Shown: positions 1-9,731 of the stretch, one piece after another
Layout: every line of letters begins with the position of its first letter
How positions within the stretch are numbered: the stretch's first letter is position 1
IMG/VR virus record: IMGVR_UViG_3300007735_000759
Span: 1 to 57,043 of that record
Origin: a virus
Lineage: Duplodnaviria > Caudoviricetes
Reading direction: 5' to 3' (one strand)
DNA length: 57,043 nt
Notes under the pieces: generated by a model
Told to the model about the DNA's origin: nothing
The model's database searches: none
What the model saw: the letters and a program-made list of their open reading frames with translations, nothing else
Made by a program: the position numbers and the translations under genes

Positions 1-127
1 ACGCAGAAATAACAGAGGAACCTGCACAATCTCTAGATTCTTTTAATGATTTTTTATCAAGCGAAATTAACCAAAAAATTAAAGAAATCAATGTACTCAA
101 CCACCAAAATCAAGGTTTTCAATCGGG
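1..127. repeat. 127-bp terminal direct repeat (copy 1), circular-assembly overlap
   Basis: Identical to 56917-57043; an ORF reads through the junction; 127 is a common maximum assembler k-mer. Confidence 0.95.
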
Positions 128-251
128 ACTAAGCGATGTTCGTGTTTCATTAAATGACGTAAAAATACGCTTTGAAGAAAAAATGAATAAAGGATTAACT
201 GCAAGTTTGGATTCCTCAAATGATAAAGGTGCAGCGGATGAACAAAACTAA
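3..251 (+). CDS. 3' part of a hypothetical protein spanning the circular junction (starts at 56736)
   Basis: Open frame continues from ATG 56736 through the repeat to TAA at 249-251 (…KGAADEQN*), overlapping the next start. Confidence 0.75.
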   Translation, partial: AEITEEPAQSLDSFNDFLSSEINQKIKEINVLNHQNQGFQSGLSDVRVSLNDVKIRFEEKMNKGLTASLDSSNDKGAADEQN

Positions 252-669
252 TATTACAAAAGAGTATTTAGGTTTTGAAGTGCGCCCAACCGGTCATTTG
301 CTTCTTTTGATGCCAATTCGTCCGTCAGAAAAAATCGGTAGTATTTACCTACCAAGCAATACGCAAGATTCCATGCAATCGCAGCAGGAAATTTGTCTTG
401 TTTTGGCTATGGGCGACAATGCTTATAGACAAGAAGGCGTCGGAGCTGAACTTTTTGCAAACGGCCCATTTTGCCAAGTTGGGGATTGGGTAGATACTAA
501 CCAATACGAAAAGCACCCGAAAAGATGGCAGCATTTGCCAAAAATCTTATGCTATTACGTGAACGACACGCGTATTCTTGGTACTTATTCTGATGAGGAC
601 GTGGAAAAGGCATTAGGAATGAAACTTACGGCTAATGAAATCCGCGAAGAAATGAAACAAAAAGGGTAA
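238..669 (+). CDS. GroES-like co-chaperonin
   Basis: RPTGHLLL…KIGSIYLP…VLAMG…CQVGDWV…VNDTRILG matches the GroES pattern; located before the scaffold gene. Confidence 0.85.
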   Translation: MNKTNITKEYLGFEVRPTGHLLLLMPIRPSEKIGSIYLPSNTQDSMQSQQEICLVLAMGDNAYRQEGVGAELFANGPFCQVGDWVDTNQYEKHPKRWQHLPKILCYYVNDTRILGTYSDEDVEKALGMKLTANEIREEMKQKG

Positions 670-673
670 ATAA

Positions 674-1816
674 ATGACTATTGGCCAGGATGATTTGTTA
701 GAAGACAACGGACCTCTTAAATTTACTGTACCTACTGGCGAATTGATAGAGCAACCTATATCAGAAAAAGTTACAGATATTGATATATTGCAAAAAAATT
801 CAGATGAATCTATTAAAACAAATTCAAATGAGACGTCATCAAATCATCCTGGCGAGCCTAAAAAAAATAAAATTGATCGAAATACAAAGCGATTTAATGA
901 AGCTCGCTATAAAGTCAAAGTTTTTGAAGAAGAAAATATACAGCTTAAAGCAAAGTTAATAGAAGCTCAGCGTGCCTTGCAGGAAAAAGAGCGTTTAATT
1001 GAGCATGAAAAGAAAATAAGTGATGAGAATTATCAAGCATCCGTAAAACTTAGCGAAGCTAATTTAATTGAAAAAATTAAAGAAGCTAGATTAATTGGCG
1101 ATTTCGATGCTGAAATAACTTATCAGAATAGGTTAAACAAACTCATCGCTGATGAATCAACCCATCAACTTTATAGACATCAGCAGAAATTAGAAAAAGA
1201 GAAAGAGCTCGCTGAATACCCGCAAGAATCAGATATTGTTGAATATCCTGTAGGAACATCAGCTTACGATCAATCTGATAGCGATGATTATGATAATGAC
1301 AATGAGTATGATAGCGTTTTTGAAGATTGGTTAGCTCGTAATCGTTGGGCAAATCCTGACGACCCTTTGTACAATGAGGAACTTTTAAATGAAGCTTCCA
1401 TTTATGACAAACATCGCAGAAAACAACTTGCGTTAAGCGGGCAAGAATTAAATTACGCTCAGCATTTGGATGAAATAGCAAACGCCGTTAAATCTGTTTA
1501 TTTGCAAAATCAATCTGTTGCTGGAAATCCAATCCAAACTAATCAAAATATGTACAGTAGAGAGCATCGAAACATGTCAGCGCCTCAAGTCGCCGCTGTT
1601 CCCCGCAACAACATCACAGACTCTTATGCTTCTAATGAAAGAAGAGGCGGCATAGAGCGTCATTTAAATCAAGAACAGACAGAGATGTTGAAACAAAGGA
1701 TTGCAAGCGATCCAAGTAACAGTCAAACAATTACTGCAAATTTTTTAAAAGCAATAGAGCAAGTAAACAAAAGTATACAGGCGAATGAAAAATCTGTTTT
1801 TAGATTACCGGGATAA
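674..1816 (+). CDS. putative capsid scaffolding protein
   Basis: Acidic coiled coil followed by WLARNRW; position between GroES and the capsid genes. Confidence 0.6.
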   Translation: MTIGQDDLLEDNGPLKFTVPTGELIEQPISEKVTDIDILQKNSDESIKTNSNETSSNHPGEPKKNKIDRNTKRFNEARYKVKVFEEENIQLKAKLIEAQRALQEKERLIEHEKKISDENYQASVKLSEANLIEKIKEARLIGDFDAEITYQNRLNKLIADESTHQLYRHQQKLEKEKELAEYPQESDIVEYPVGTSAYDQSDSDDYDNDNEYDSVFEDWLARNRWANPDDPLYNEELLNEASIYDKHRRKQLALSGQELNYAQHLDEIANAVKSVYLQNQSVAGNPIQTNQNMYSREHRNMSAPQVAAVPRNNITDSYASNERRGGIERHLNQEQTEMLKQRIASDPSNSQTITANFLKAIEQVNKSIQANEKSVFRLPG

Positions 1817-1819
1817 ATT

Positions 1820-2416
1820 ATGACATACGATCGCAGCGAAGCAGCCCGCAGAGGCCATTTAAATAAAAAAATTAGAAGGGAAAATGAAATGTCAATTAAA
1901 GAAAATCAATCCCAAATTCCTGACGATCTTAATCTAAAAGCTACTATTGAAAATGCTTTGGCAAATAGACGCGATCCATTTTCTATTATGGAAGACAGAA
2001 GAGAGCCTCGTGATCCCGTTTCGTATTTAGGTTTTGTTAGTATGAATTTGCCTCCTGAATATATTGCCGCAAATCCTCAATATGATTTTTGCATGGTTAA
2101 TTATAGATCTATGAATGAAAATTTTCCTCAAAAAATTGATGAGGCTTTACAATTAGGTTATGTGCCAATCGAATGTGACGAACATCCTTCCCTCGGAAAG
2201 AACATGACTTTAAATCTTTTTGGAAATGCCGATAATGATAATTATTACAGAAAAAACGGTCATATTGGAATGAAAAGGTTGAAAAGCACAACAGCGGCTC
2301 TTGATTTGCATTTTGCTAAAATCGCAAGGGATGAAGAAAATGCAATAAAAACATTTAGCCAAGAAAAAAGCAATGCAGAATTATATACATCAGTTGATGA
2401 TAGGCGTCATTATTAA
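1820..2416 (+). CDS. conserved head-module hypothetical protein
   Basis: Co-oriented and tightly packed; GYVPI…EHP motif recalled in this gene slot of related phages. Confidence 0.55.
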   Translation: MTYDRSEAARRGHLNKKIRRENEMSIKENQSQIPDDLNLKATIENALANRRDPFSIMEDRREPRDPVSYLGFVSMNLPPEYIAANPQYDFCMVNYRSMNENFPQKIDEALQLGYVPIECDEHPSLGKNMTLNLFGNADNDNYYRKNGHIGMKRLKSTTAALDLHFAKIARDEENAIKTFSQEKSNAELYTSVDDRRHY

Positions 2417-2420
2417 TAAA

Positions 2421-2448
2421 ACGCCCCTACTATTTATAACAAGGGCGT
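2421..2448. terminator. hairpin between convergent genes
   Basis: ACGCCC…GGGCGT inverted repeat just after the 2416 stop. Confidence 0.4.
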
Positions 2449-2473
2449 GTTCTTGGAGGAACCTGATTGTATT

Positions 2474-3076
2474 TTAACTCTTTTTATAAAGAAGATAACG
2501 GGACATTCCTGTTCTAAAGAAATCATAGAAATCATAGATATTTTCTTGAACAGTTAAAGTGTTTGGGATATTGTCTTTTAAATTATCTTGTAGACAGCAT
2601 AATGTTTCTACCAATGAATTATTACGAATCCCATCAACAATAACACATGATGCGTTTGAAAAGGTGTGCATAATATCCTCTACAGAGCAATCAAACAAAG
2701 ACAATTCGCCCCTTAAGTCATAAAAAGCCCTACAGAGATCCAGGCCTGGAACCGTAGCATTGCAGGGAACAGGAATATGAGGAAAATCATGTTCATGATG
2801 GCGTTGCAACTTCATTACAATACTATAAATTCCTACCCCTACTGCCGTCACAGCTGCTGTTGTGCCGACTACACCCATCCAAAATCTAGGTTTTCTATAA
2901 AAAGGAACAGCTATTGGTGCTAATGGCTCCGCTCTTTCCATCTCTAGCGCAACATGAGTTCTGGCTGGAGGTGTGAGCGGATGAGTTTCTTTTTCATCCA
3001 TCGCCAATACATTAACAGTTTTTAAAAGACTACATATAATCAATATGTATTTTAATTTTTTAATTGTTTTTGTCAT
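2474..3076 (-). CDS. secreted/membrane protein (signal peptide, TM helix, Cys-rich C-terminus)
   Basis: Basic-hydrophobic N-terminus ending VLA-MDE; TM FWMGVVGTTAAVTAVGVGIYSIVM; several Cys downstream. Confidence 0.7.
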   Translation of the reverse strand: MTKTIKKLKYILIICSLLKTVNVLAMDEKETHPLTPPARTHVALEMERAEPLAPIAVPFYRKPRFWMGVVGTTAAVTAVGVGIYSIVMKLQRHHEHDFPHIPVPCNATVPGLDLCRAFYDLRGELSLFDCSVEDIMHTFSNASCVIVDGIRNNSLVETLCCLQDNLKDNIPNTLTVQENIYDFYDFFRTGMSRYLLYKKS

Positions 3077-3097
3077 TTTCTCTTTCCTTTAGGTTTT

Positions 3098-3586
3098 TTA
3101 ATAAAATGTAAATCTTAATAAAGAAGGAAGCTCTATCCCGGAGCCCTCTTTAAATTTAGCTAAACGCCTTTCAATTAACGGCGCTTCTAAATTTAATAAA
3201 TGCTGTGAATTTGTTTTTATTTCCGCCAAAGGAACCCCTTTGATAACTGAAAAATCTTCTAAAGAAGTAACGATAAATTCCTTGAAATATTTCAAATATT
3301 CCAAAATATATTTACTTTGATAAAGAGAGTTTCCAGTTGGTATAATAACTTCAAAGTATCCTAAATCTTTCATAAATTCATGAGTAGCTATTATCTTATG
3401 AGTAATTATACGCTCTGGCCTCTCTTCAGCTATCGGACTTAATCTCATCTTTGCTCCTGCTAAAACTGATATCTCACTTTTCCTTACCGAAGATGCCCTA
3501 CCGTTCGTCTGAGGTGGCTCCGTTGGATCTGTTGCATAAATACTAAGAGTACTCATTATTAAAAAAGTCACCGCTTTAATTTGCAT
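3098..3586 (-). CDS. putative secreted protein
   Basis: Likely start MQIKAVTFLIMSTLSIYA-TD (signal peptide-like). Confidence 0.65.
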   Translation of the reverse strand: MQIKAVTFLIMSTLSIYATDPTEPPQTNGRASSVRKSEISVLAGAKMRLSPIAEERPERIITHKIIATHEFMKDLGYFEVIIPTGNSLYQSKYILEYLKYFKEFIVTSLEDFSVIKGVPLAEIKTNSQHLLNLEAPLIERRLAKFKEGSGIELPSLLRFTFY

Positions 3587-3860
3587 GATTAGTAAGCCCC
3601 TCAAGTTTTTTAACAAGATGTTTGAATCTATTTTCAGCATCTTCTTTCAATCTTGTCGAGATAAAGCCGCAATTAGGTAATTTTTCTGACATATCTGTGA
3701 TTTTTATAATATTCAAAATGTCTTCTTGGATTCCATCGAGACTTTCTTGAATTAATTTTAAATTATATAGGATTTTTTGATTAATTTCTGATTGCTCTAA
3801 TTTCTCTAAACATTCATCTATTTCTAATAACTTCTCTACATCATAAGCAAAATTTTTCAT
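3576..3860 (-). CDS. hypothetical coiled-coil protein
   Basis: 94-aa ORF overlapping its neighbours in an operon. Confidence 0.6.
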   Translation of the reverse strand: MKNFAYDVEKLLEIDECLEKLEQSEINQKILYNLKLIQESLDGIQEDILNIIKITDMSEKLPNCGFISTRLKEDAENRFKHLVKKLEGLTNHAN

Positions 3861-4156
3861 TTCTTACGAACTCCTTGCGGTGATTTTTTAATTATAGAAA
3901 AAAGTGATTTTCCTTTTTCGCTTTCCTGTAAGATTCTATCTACAATTAGATTTTCATATTTATCGAGAAAACCATGAAAAGAATCATCTGGAGCAACTGA
4001 GATTGGACGCGATGGCGAGCCTGCCGGCGTTCTGGCCCCCTCCCTGGCTATGTCATAATCACCTGTACAGGCAAGAGAAGATATAACAGAAATCCCCCCT
4101 ATAAAAATTAACTTAATTAACACTAGTAACTCCTCCTTTTGTGTCATACAACCCAT
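3857..4156 (-). CDS. putative secreted/lipoprotein-like protein
   Basis: Hydrophobic N-terminus ending SSLAC, then a Ser/Pro-rich segment. Confidence 0.55.
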   Translation of the reverse strand: MGCMTQKEELLVLIKLIFIGGISVISSLACTGDYDIAREGARTPAGSPSRPISVAPDDSFHGFLDKYENLIVDRILQESEKGKSLFSIIKKSPQGVRKK

Positions 4157-4211
4157 TTATATAAGGTTGTTTAACACATGTAAAGAGATTTTTTAAATAT
4201 AAGATATTTTC

Positions 4212-4415
4212 TTATTTGTTTTTTAGCTCTGCATCCGGACTTTCAATCTTACTTCGCATCCATTCTTCAATCTCACTTGAAAGCCAGCCAACAGTATTCT
4301 GACTAATCTTACGTCGTGCAGGAAATTTCCCTGCTTTTTCCAATCTCCATCTTGTACATCTGCTTAAACCTGTAATATTTTTGCATTCAGGTTCGCGAAT
4401 AAATTTTAATGTCAT
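4212..4415 (-). CDS. alpA: AlpA family regulator/excisionase-like protein
   Basis: FIREPEC…TGLSRCTRWRLEKAGKFP.RRKIS…VGWLSSEIEEW is a classic AlpA signature; SD AGGAG upstream. Confidence 0.9.
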   Translation of the reverse strand: MTLKFIREPECKNITGLSRCTRWRLEKAGKFPARRKISQNTVGWLSSEIEEWMRSKIESPDAELKNK

Positions 4416-4626
4416 TTAATACTCCTATTTAACCATTTCAGTTTCGCTCAACGGTATAAGCTGGCTTGATATGCATAGGGAAGGCATATAAATATAACTG
4501 ATGCAATTGCGCGACTCATTAGCTGTTTTCTACATATATGTTTCGGCTATAAACGCATATACAGACTGGCTTTATGGGCAAAAATGATAATTGAAAAAAA
4601 TGGAAAAATTAATTACTTTTCCAGAC

Positions 4627-4691
4627 GGCGACAATCTGTCACCTACTGACAAACCCGAATTCGGTTACGGATTTGCGCAGATACTGTGTAC
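4627..4691. repeat. cluster of three short imperfect palindromes
   Basis: GGCGACAATCTGTCACC (4627-4643), AAACCCGAATTCGGTT (4651-4666), GCGCAGATACTGTGTAC (4675-4691). Confidence 0.65.
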
Positions 4692-4711
4692 CCTAAAAAT
4701 TAATCATTGAT

Positions 4712-4728
4712 TTTTAATAAAATTTTAA
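4712..4728 (+). promoter_or_regulatory. repeated late-gene upstream motif; also fits CtrA box TTAA-N7-TTAA
   Basis: TTTTAATAAAATTTTA identical at 4712, 50089 and 56295; TTAA 4714 + TTAA 4725. Confidence 0.5.
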
Positions 4729-4890
4729 ATAAAATGAATTTATGCGTAAGTAAGAGCGCATTTACCAGGCATTTTGCCTTGGGTCTTATTCTTATTCAGT
4801 AAAAAGGTATGGAATCCTTCTTTACTTTCCCGTCCAAGCGACGTGGCACCTTTTCCACAAAAAATTAACTAATTTAAATGGAGTCCTCTT

Positions 4891-5604
4891 ATGTCTTATG
4901 GCAAAAATGGGCCACAAGGTGCAGTTGTCACAAAGTCTATTACTGGCGCACCTTGGACAGGCCAAGAAAACCCTTATCCTATTATTTCAGGTTATAGCAA
5001 CAATATTTTCAAAGGCGACTTAGTTGCAATTAAAGCCTTAACAGATCCTTCCACAGGCCTAACAGCTAATGTATTGGTAAATTATTGGGATTTAGTAACG
5101 GGTCAAAATCCGGCGAATGAAACTGTTGTAGCGGTAGGCGTTTTTAACGGTTGCGATTACGTTTCTCAAGATCAGACACAAATTGGAAATGCGCTCCCCG
5201 GTAGATCTTTTTGGCCGGCAGGCACCCTTACACAAGGGAATCAACCCGCGACAGCTTATGTAATCGATGATCCTAATGCTGTAGTCAATATCCAGGTAGG
5301 CGGCACGACTTCCGCAGGTATTAACAGCACCGCCGCGACTGCTGCAATGGCAGGAAAATTAATTGCCGTTAATTATCTTACAGATCCAACCAATCCAGGT
5401 CTTGTTTTAGGCAATTTTTCAAACGGCATGTCTTTGATGTTTGCAGACGCAACGCAAGTTGGACAACCAGGCGGGGGAGCTTATCGACCTTTGATGATTC
5501 AACGCTTAGTTGCCGCTGAAAACAACGAATGGGGCATTCCGTTTAACAACGTTGAATGCATTATCGCAAACCACATGTACCGCTTATCTTCACTTGGCTT
5601 ATAG
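4891..5604 (+). CDS. capsid-associated (decoration/cement-like) protein
   Basis: NIFKGDLV…VGVFNGC.Y…AYVIDDPN motifs; immediately upstream of the major capsid gene; GGAG SD. Confidence 0.65.
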   Translation: MSYGKNGPQGAVVTKSITGAPWTGQENPYPIISGYSNNIFKGDLVAIKALTDPSTGLTANVLVNYWDLVTGQNPANETVVAVGVFNGCDYVSQDQTQIGNALPGRSFWPAGTLTQGNQPATAYVIDDPNAVVNIQVGGTTSAGINSTAATAAMAGKLIAVNYLTDPTNPGLVLGNFSNGMSLMFADATQVGQPGGGAYRPLMIQRLVAAENNEWGIPFNNVECIIANHMYRLSSLGL

Positions 5605-5615
5605 GAGTTATTTAA

Positions 5616-6524
5616 ATGACTATTACACGCTCATATATAAATAGTACGCTCCTGCCAACCGCGTACGAATTATTTATCGATTTTAACACATTCCCGGATT
5701 TATGGCATCCTATCTACCGGCAGAATTCCTCAGATATGGCAATTGAAATTGTCCAGGAAATGAGAGGGTTACCGGCAGGTCAACTTAAGCTGGACGGCGG
5801 CCCAATTGCATCCGCAGACTTCGGGGATAGCTACAAAAGTAATTACATTAACCAGTACTACGGAATTTCTTTTGAAATAACCCGTGGCGCAGTCCGTGAC
5901 AACCAATATAAGAAACAATTCCCTCAACACGTCAAGCAAATGCGCAAATCGATGACTGAGGTTAAAAACGTTAACGCAATGAGGTTGTTTAACAACGGGT
6001 TTAATGCTAAATCAACCGGCTCAGATTTGCAACCACTTTTTTCGACTCAGCACCCTAACGTACAAGGGCCTCTTGCAAATACCTTTACAAATAACGTTCA
6101 GTTTTCTGAAAAAGCGCTTGAAGATGCAGTCACCATTATTACATCTCAATGGCGCACAAACTCAGGTCATTTAGGTTTTTACAAGCCAAAAAGTGTTCTT
6201 GTTCCGGCGCAGCGCCAATTTGATGCAATTCGAGTTTTACAATCCGATTATCAATCAAATAGCGCAAACAATGCTGTAAATGCTCTTAAAACCGGCGGAT
6301 TTATGCCAAAAGGACATCTGGTAAATCCGTATTTAAGCAATCCCTACAACTGGTTTGTTTTAACGGATTACGAAGAATACGGTTTTAACTATTTCCTTAA
6401 TGAACCTTTGGAATTCGATATTTCGAGCGATAACAGAACATACAACACTGTTTGCTCGTGTATAGAACGTTATGTGCATGGATATACAAACTGGCGCGGT
6501 GCTTTTGGCGCAAGAGGTTATTAG
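5616..6524 (+). CDS. major capsid protein (Mu gpT-like / HTVC023P-type)
   Basis: LFNNGF…D.QPLFSTQHP…VNPYL…WFVLTD…ERYVHGYTNWRGAFG signature; AGGAG SD. Confidence 0.88.
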   Translation: MTITRSYINSTLLPTAYELFIDFNTFPDLWHPIYRQNSSDMAIEIVQEMRGLPAGQLKLDGGPIASADFGDSYKSNYINQYYGISFEITRGAVRDNQYKKQFPQHVKQMRKSMTEVKNVNAMRLFNNGFNAKSTGSDLQPLFSTQHPNVQGPLANTFTNNVQFSEKALEDAVTIITSQWRTNSGHLGFYKPKSVLVPAQRQFDAIRVLQSDYQSNSANNAVNALKTGGFMPKGHLVNPYLSNPYNWFVLTDYEEYGFNYFLNEPLEFDISSDNRTYNTVCSCIERYVHGYTNWRGAFGARGY

Positions 6525-6535
6525 GAGTATTAAAA

Positions 6536-7507
6536 ATGCCTTCAACAAATGGTTCTTATGGAACTTATGTTTCCGACGGGTTAAGAACAGGGCCTTTATT
6601 CCCAGGTTCTACTATTTCTAATCCAGCAACAAATGCAATCTACAGCAGCCCTAACTTTAAGTTTGGGCCTGGAGTTTTGCAGGCCAATAATTACATGTAC
6701 ACAATCACTCCTTACGCTACGGCACCAGGAAATGTGGTTGCTACCATGACCCCTGGAGGGGCAGGGGCACTACCTCTTAATTCAGCAGGACTTGTTCAAA
6801 ACAGTTGCGTGACTTATTTGGGAGATCCTCAGTCTCAACAGGCTTATATACAGTTTGACTGGCCTAGAACATTGTCGGTGACGACTGGCGCGGGTATTGC
6901 CGCCAATACAAACATTACGTTTTTTGGGTATGATTATTGGGGCTGGCCAATGCAGGCTAGCATATTAAATCTTTCTTCAAGCGCGACAGCAAACGTATAC
7001 AAAGCATTTTCTTATATTACTCAAGTTTATATAAGTCAAGCACCAGGCACAACTATTACAGTACAGGCAGCTAATGCGTTCGGTTTGCCTTATGTTTTAA
7101 GTGATGTAGGCGCAGTTTATTGTTTTGGATGGAATGGAACATCATATTTGACGTTTGGAGGAGGGGTAACACCTTCTGTAAATCCTCCCCCAGCAAACAT
7201 ATTAATCGGTGCGGCAGATGCAAGTGTACCTTCCCCAACAACAAGAGATGTGCGCGGTTTAGCCGTTGCTCCGTCTGCGCCCGACGCGGTGAAAACATTA
7301 TATTTTGGGTATTATGTGGAAGGTAATGATGTTTGGTTTGACCAGCAAAATGATTTTTATAGGGCACAAGCACAAGCGTTAAATACTCCTTATCCGGGCG
7401 TATGGGAGGCCGGTTTGGATAGCAGCGGCAATAGATTACCAATCCAGCCGTTAACAAGCCAGGGGCTGTATGGTTTACCTCAATATTATACGGGAGTGCC
7501 TGCTTAA
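6536..7507 (+). CDS. virion structural protein
   Basis: AGGAG SD before ATG 6536; FDWPR, GYDYWG, KAF and DVRG motifs; beta-rich; follows the capsid gene. Confidence 0.7.
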   Translation: MPSTNGSYGTYVSDGLRTGPLFPGSTISNPATNAIYSSPNFKFGPGVLQANNYMYTITPYATAPGNVVATMTPGGAGALPLNSAGLVQNSCVTYLGDPQSQQAYIQFDWPRTLSVTTGAGIAANTNITFFGYDYWGWPMQASILNLSSSATANVYKAFSYITQVYISQAPGTTITVQAANAFGLPYVLSDVGAVYCFGWNGTSYLTFGGGVTPSVNPPPANILIGAADASVPSPTTRDVRGLAVAPSAPDAVKTLYFGYYVEGNDVWFDQQNDFYRAQAQALNTPYPGVWEAGLDSSGNRLPIQPLTSQGLYGLPQYYTGVPA

Positions 7508-8445
7508 TGAGGCCTTATACCTATACATGGCTTCCTGCCACAGGAAATGAGTATACGATTGCAGGGGATCAAGCAACGACAACGGGGGTTCAGTCCCCAA
7601 CAGGCGATGGGACATCTTATTGGGATATCCCCTTAAACTCAAACATCTTGACGTCGCTGCCTCAAATCCCCTTTTTGCCGTTTAATCAGACAAAGCCATG
7701 GATAGTTGGTTATTATGCAGGATATACTTTTCAAAGCATCCCCCCTCAAGATAATGGAAACAACTTTGCTTATCGCTCTGTTTTAATCCAATCCGATGTA
7801 GCACCTGCTGACATTGATAGCATTACGGTTAATGGAATTGGGCTTACTTTAAATGTGACAGCTGGTGCGTCACCTTTTAATAAAAACCCGGCGACTTGCA
7901 CTCTTTCTAACCCTATCAACGCTGTAATTAGTGAGGATGTGACATTAGCAGGAGGAGGCCCTACTTATTCCGTCAAGACCGTAACATATTTTCAAACAAT
8001 TAATTATATTAGAGTTGTTTTAAAATCGGGCGCTCAAGGTACGTTTTGGGTTGGTTATGGCGATGAAGGAATTACCGACCCTATTATTTTAGATACTAAT
8101 AAGAAAGTATTTAATACAACAGCTCAAGTTCTTGCGAGTGGCACAGCTTCGGGGGCAAATTATACGGTCTGGCAGTCTGCGACAGATATCGCAAGGCCAG
8201 AATCATCTGCTGGAAGTCAGCAATTCTTTTTCAATCCTCTTGTAGGTTTCTATTACGGAGATTCAGCAATCGCCTATGCAGATCCCACCCATGGGAACAC
8301 GTCGGCGGATAACGGCAATCTCGTTAATAACAGTGATTCAGCGTGGGATACTGGTAACGCTCCTATGACAACTGTGTGGATGCATGTTTTAAACAACACC
8401 ACAGAAACATTCAACTTCACCTTTATCCAAGAGAGTAAGTTCTGA
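7507..8445 (+). CDS. virion structural protein
   Basis: Coupled start; Thr/Gly/aromatic beta-rich composition. Confidence 0.65.
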   Translation: MRPYTYTWLPATGNEYTIAGDQATTTGVQSPTGDGTSYWDIPLNSNILTSLPQIPFLPFNQTKPWIVGYYAGYTFQSIPPQDNGNNFAYRSVLIQSDVAPADIDSITVNGIGLTLNVTAGASPFNKNPATCTLSNPINAVISEDVTLAGGGPTYSVKTVTYFQTINYIRVVLKSGAQGTFWVGYGDEGITDPIILDTNKKVFNTTAQVLASGTASGANYTVWQSATDIARPESSAGSQQFFFNPLVGFYYGDSAIAYADPTHGNTSADNGNLVNNSDSAWDTGNAPMTTVWMHVLNNTTETFNFTFIQESKF

Positions 8446-9731
8446 TGAAAAATAAAGGCGCATCCAGTATTGATATTTTGAACATGTATTCCGGTGATTC
8501 TGACAATTCTTGCCAGAAAAAAGCTATGGGCGGCAAAATCTCCCCTCCAAAGCTCATGTCGCCTCTTGATAAGAGAATGACTCAAAACAAAATTATGAAT
8601 TCGGTAGGAAAGCCCTCTCGTGCGCGTAAATTTAGTGAAGGCGGTAGCGTTGATAAATGGATGCAAGATGTCCACCCTAAAAAAGGTGCTCTTCATAAGC
8701 AATTAAACATACCTGAAGATAAGAAGATTCCTACAAAAACTTTAGAAAAAGCTGCTCATTCATCCAAACCGTTACTCGAAAAAAGAGCTAACTTAGCATT
8801 GCGTTATCGAGGAAAGAAAAATGGCGGCGAAATTAAAAAATATGAAGTTGGCGGTCAAATTCTTGGCAATTTAGGCAAAGCGAATGAGGCAGAAGACGCT
8901 TATTACAATTCTTTAGCGAGCCATGACCCAAATGAACGATATACAGATATCGATAAATCTTCTTTAGCAGGATCTGCAAATCGTTATTACGACAATTATA
9001 ACGGGAAAGACCCGAATGCTGCGACAAATTTTGGAAAACAATATCAGTCTGATTACACCAAATTCGTCGGTGCAGATAATTCGAAAAGCCAAGGAATTCT
9101 AAATCAACCGCAAACAGTAGCACCGGGGCAGTCTAACGGCATTGATTACAATGCTATGCGCGCTCGCTTGCAGGCAAAAGGACAAGGCCAAACGTTAGCC
9201 CCTGTTGACAGAAGAAGTGATGCATACAAGGCAGAAATGGCAACAAGAGGAAACGCCTATAGAGACCAATCAATGGCAGAAACTCAAGCTGCTAAAAGAC
9301 GCTCAGGGGCCTTTCATCAAGAAATGCATGATCAGCGCAATGCTTACAACGCTAACAATGCGTTTAATGAAATGGCTAAGCACGGTTATCAGCAAGATGC
9401 AAATGGTAATTTCAAAAGAAGTATGTGGGATACCATGAAAGACGAAAACCCAGGATTAATGAAAGCGATGAGCTTTGTGCCGGGCGTGAATCAAGCAGGC
9501 AAAGCCATGGTTGATGCCGTTGAAAAGAAAGACCCTATGGGCATGGCCCAAGCAGGAATGCAAGCATTTAATGCAGGTAAAGGAACAGCAGACACAGCGA
9601 ATGGATACCTGGATAAAGGTCAAGGATATCTTAACAAGGCTAAAGGAATGATGGGCCGAAAAGCAGGCGGCGAAATCAAAAAGCCTGAAAAACGAGTCAT
9701 TAGTAAGAGATTTCATCGCAGGAGTCAATAA
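8445..9731 (+). CDS. probable internal virion protein with repeated xxxGG motifs
   Basis: AMGG, SEGG, KNGG, EVGG and KAGG motifs; basic KWMQ…KKGALHKQL…KKIP domain. Confidence 0.6.
   Translation: MKNKGASSIDILNMYSGDSDNSCQKKAMGGKISPPKLMSPLDKRMTQNKIMNSVGKPSRARKFSEGGSVDKWMQDVHPKKGALHKQLNIPEDKKIPTKTLEKAAHSSKPLLEKRANLALRYRGKKNGGEIKKYEVGGQILGNLGKANEAEDAYYNSLASHDPNERYTDIDKSSLAGSANRYYDNYNGKDPNAATNFGKQYQSDYTKFVGADNSKSQGILNQPQTVAPGQSNGIDYNAMRARLQAKGQGQTLAPVDRRSDAYKAEMATRGNAYRDQSMAETQAAKRRSGAFHQEMHDQRNAYNANNAFNEMAKHGYQQDANGNFKRSMWDTMKDENPGLMKAMSFVPGVNQAGKAMVDAVEKKDPMGMAQAGMQAFNAGKGTADTANGYLDKGQGYLNKAKGMMGRKAGGEIKKPEKRVISKRFHRRSQ

Noticed and set aside
1-127. Biological direct terminal repeat
   Set aside because: Exactly 127 bp, a typical assembler k-mer, and it falls inside a gene; best read as a circularisation overlap.
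4416-4890. tRNA or attP site near alpA
   Set aside because: No cloverleaf or T-loop consensus was seen and no integrase is present.
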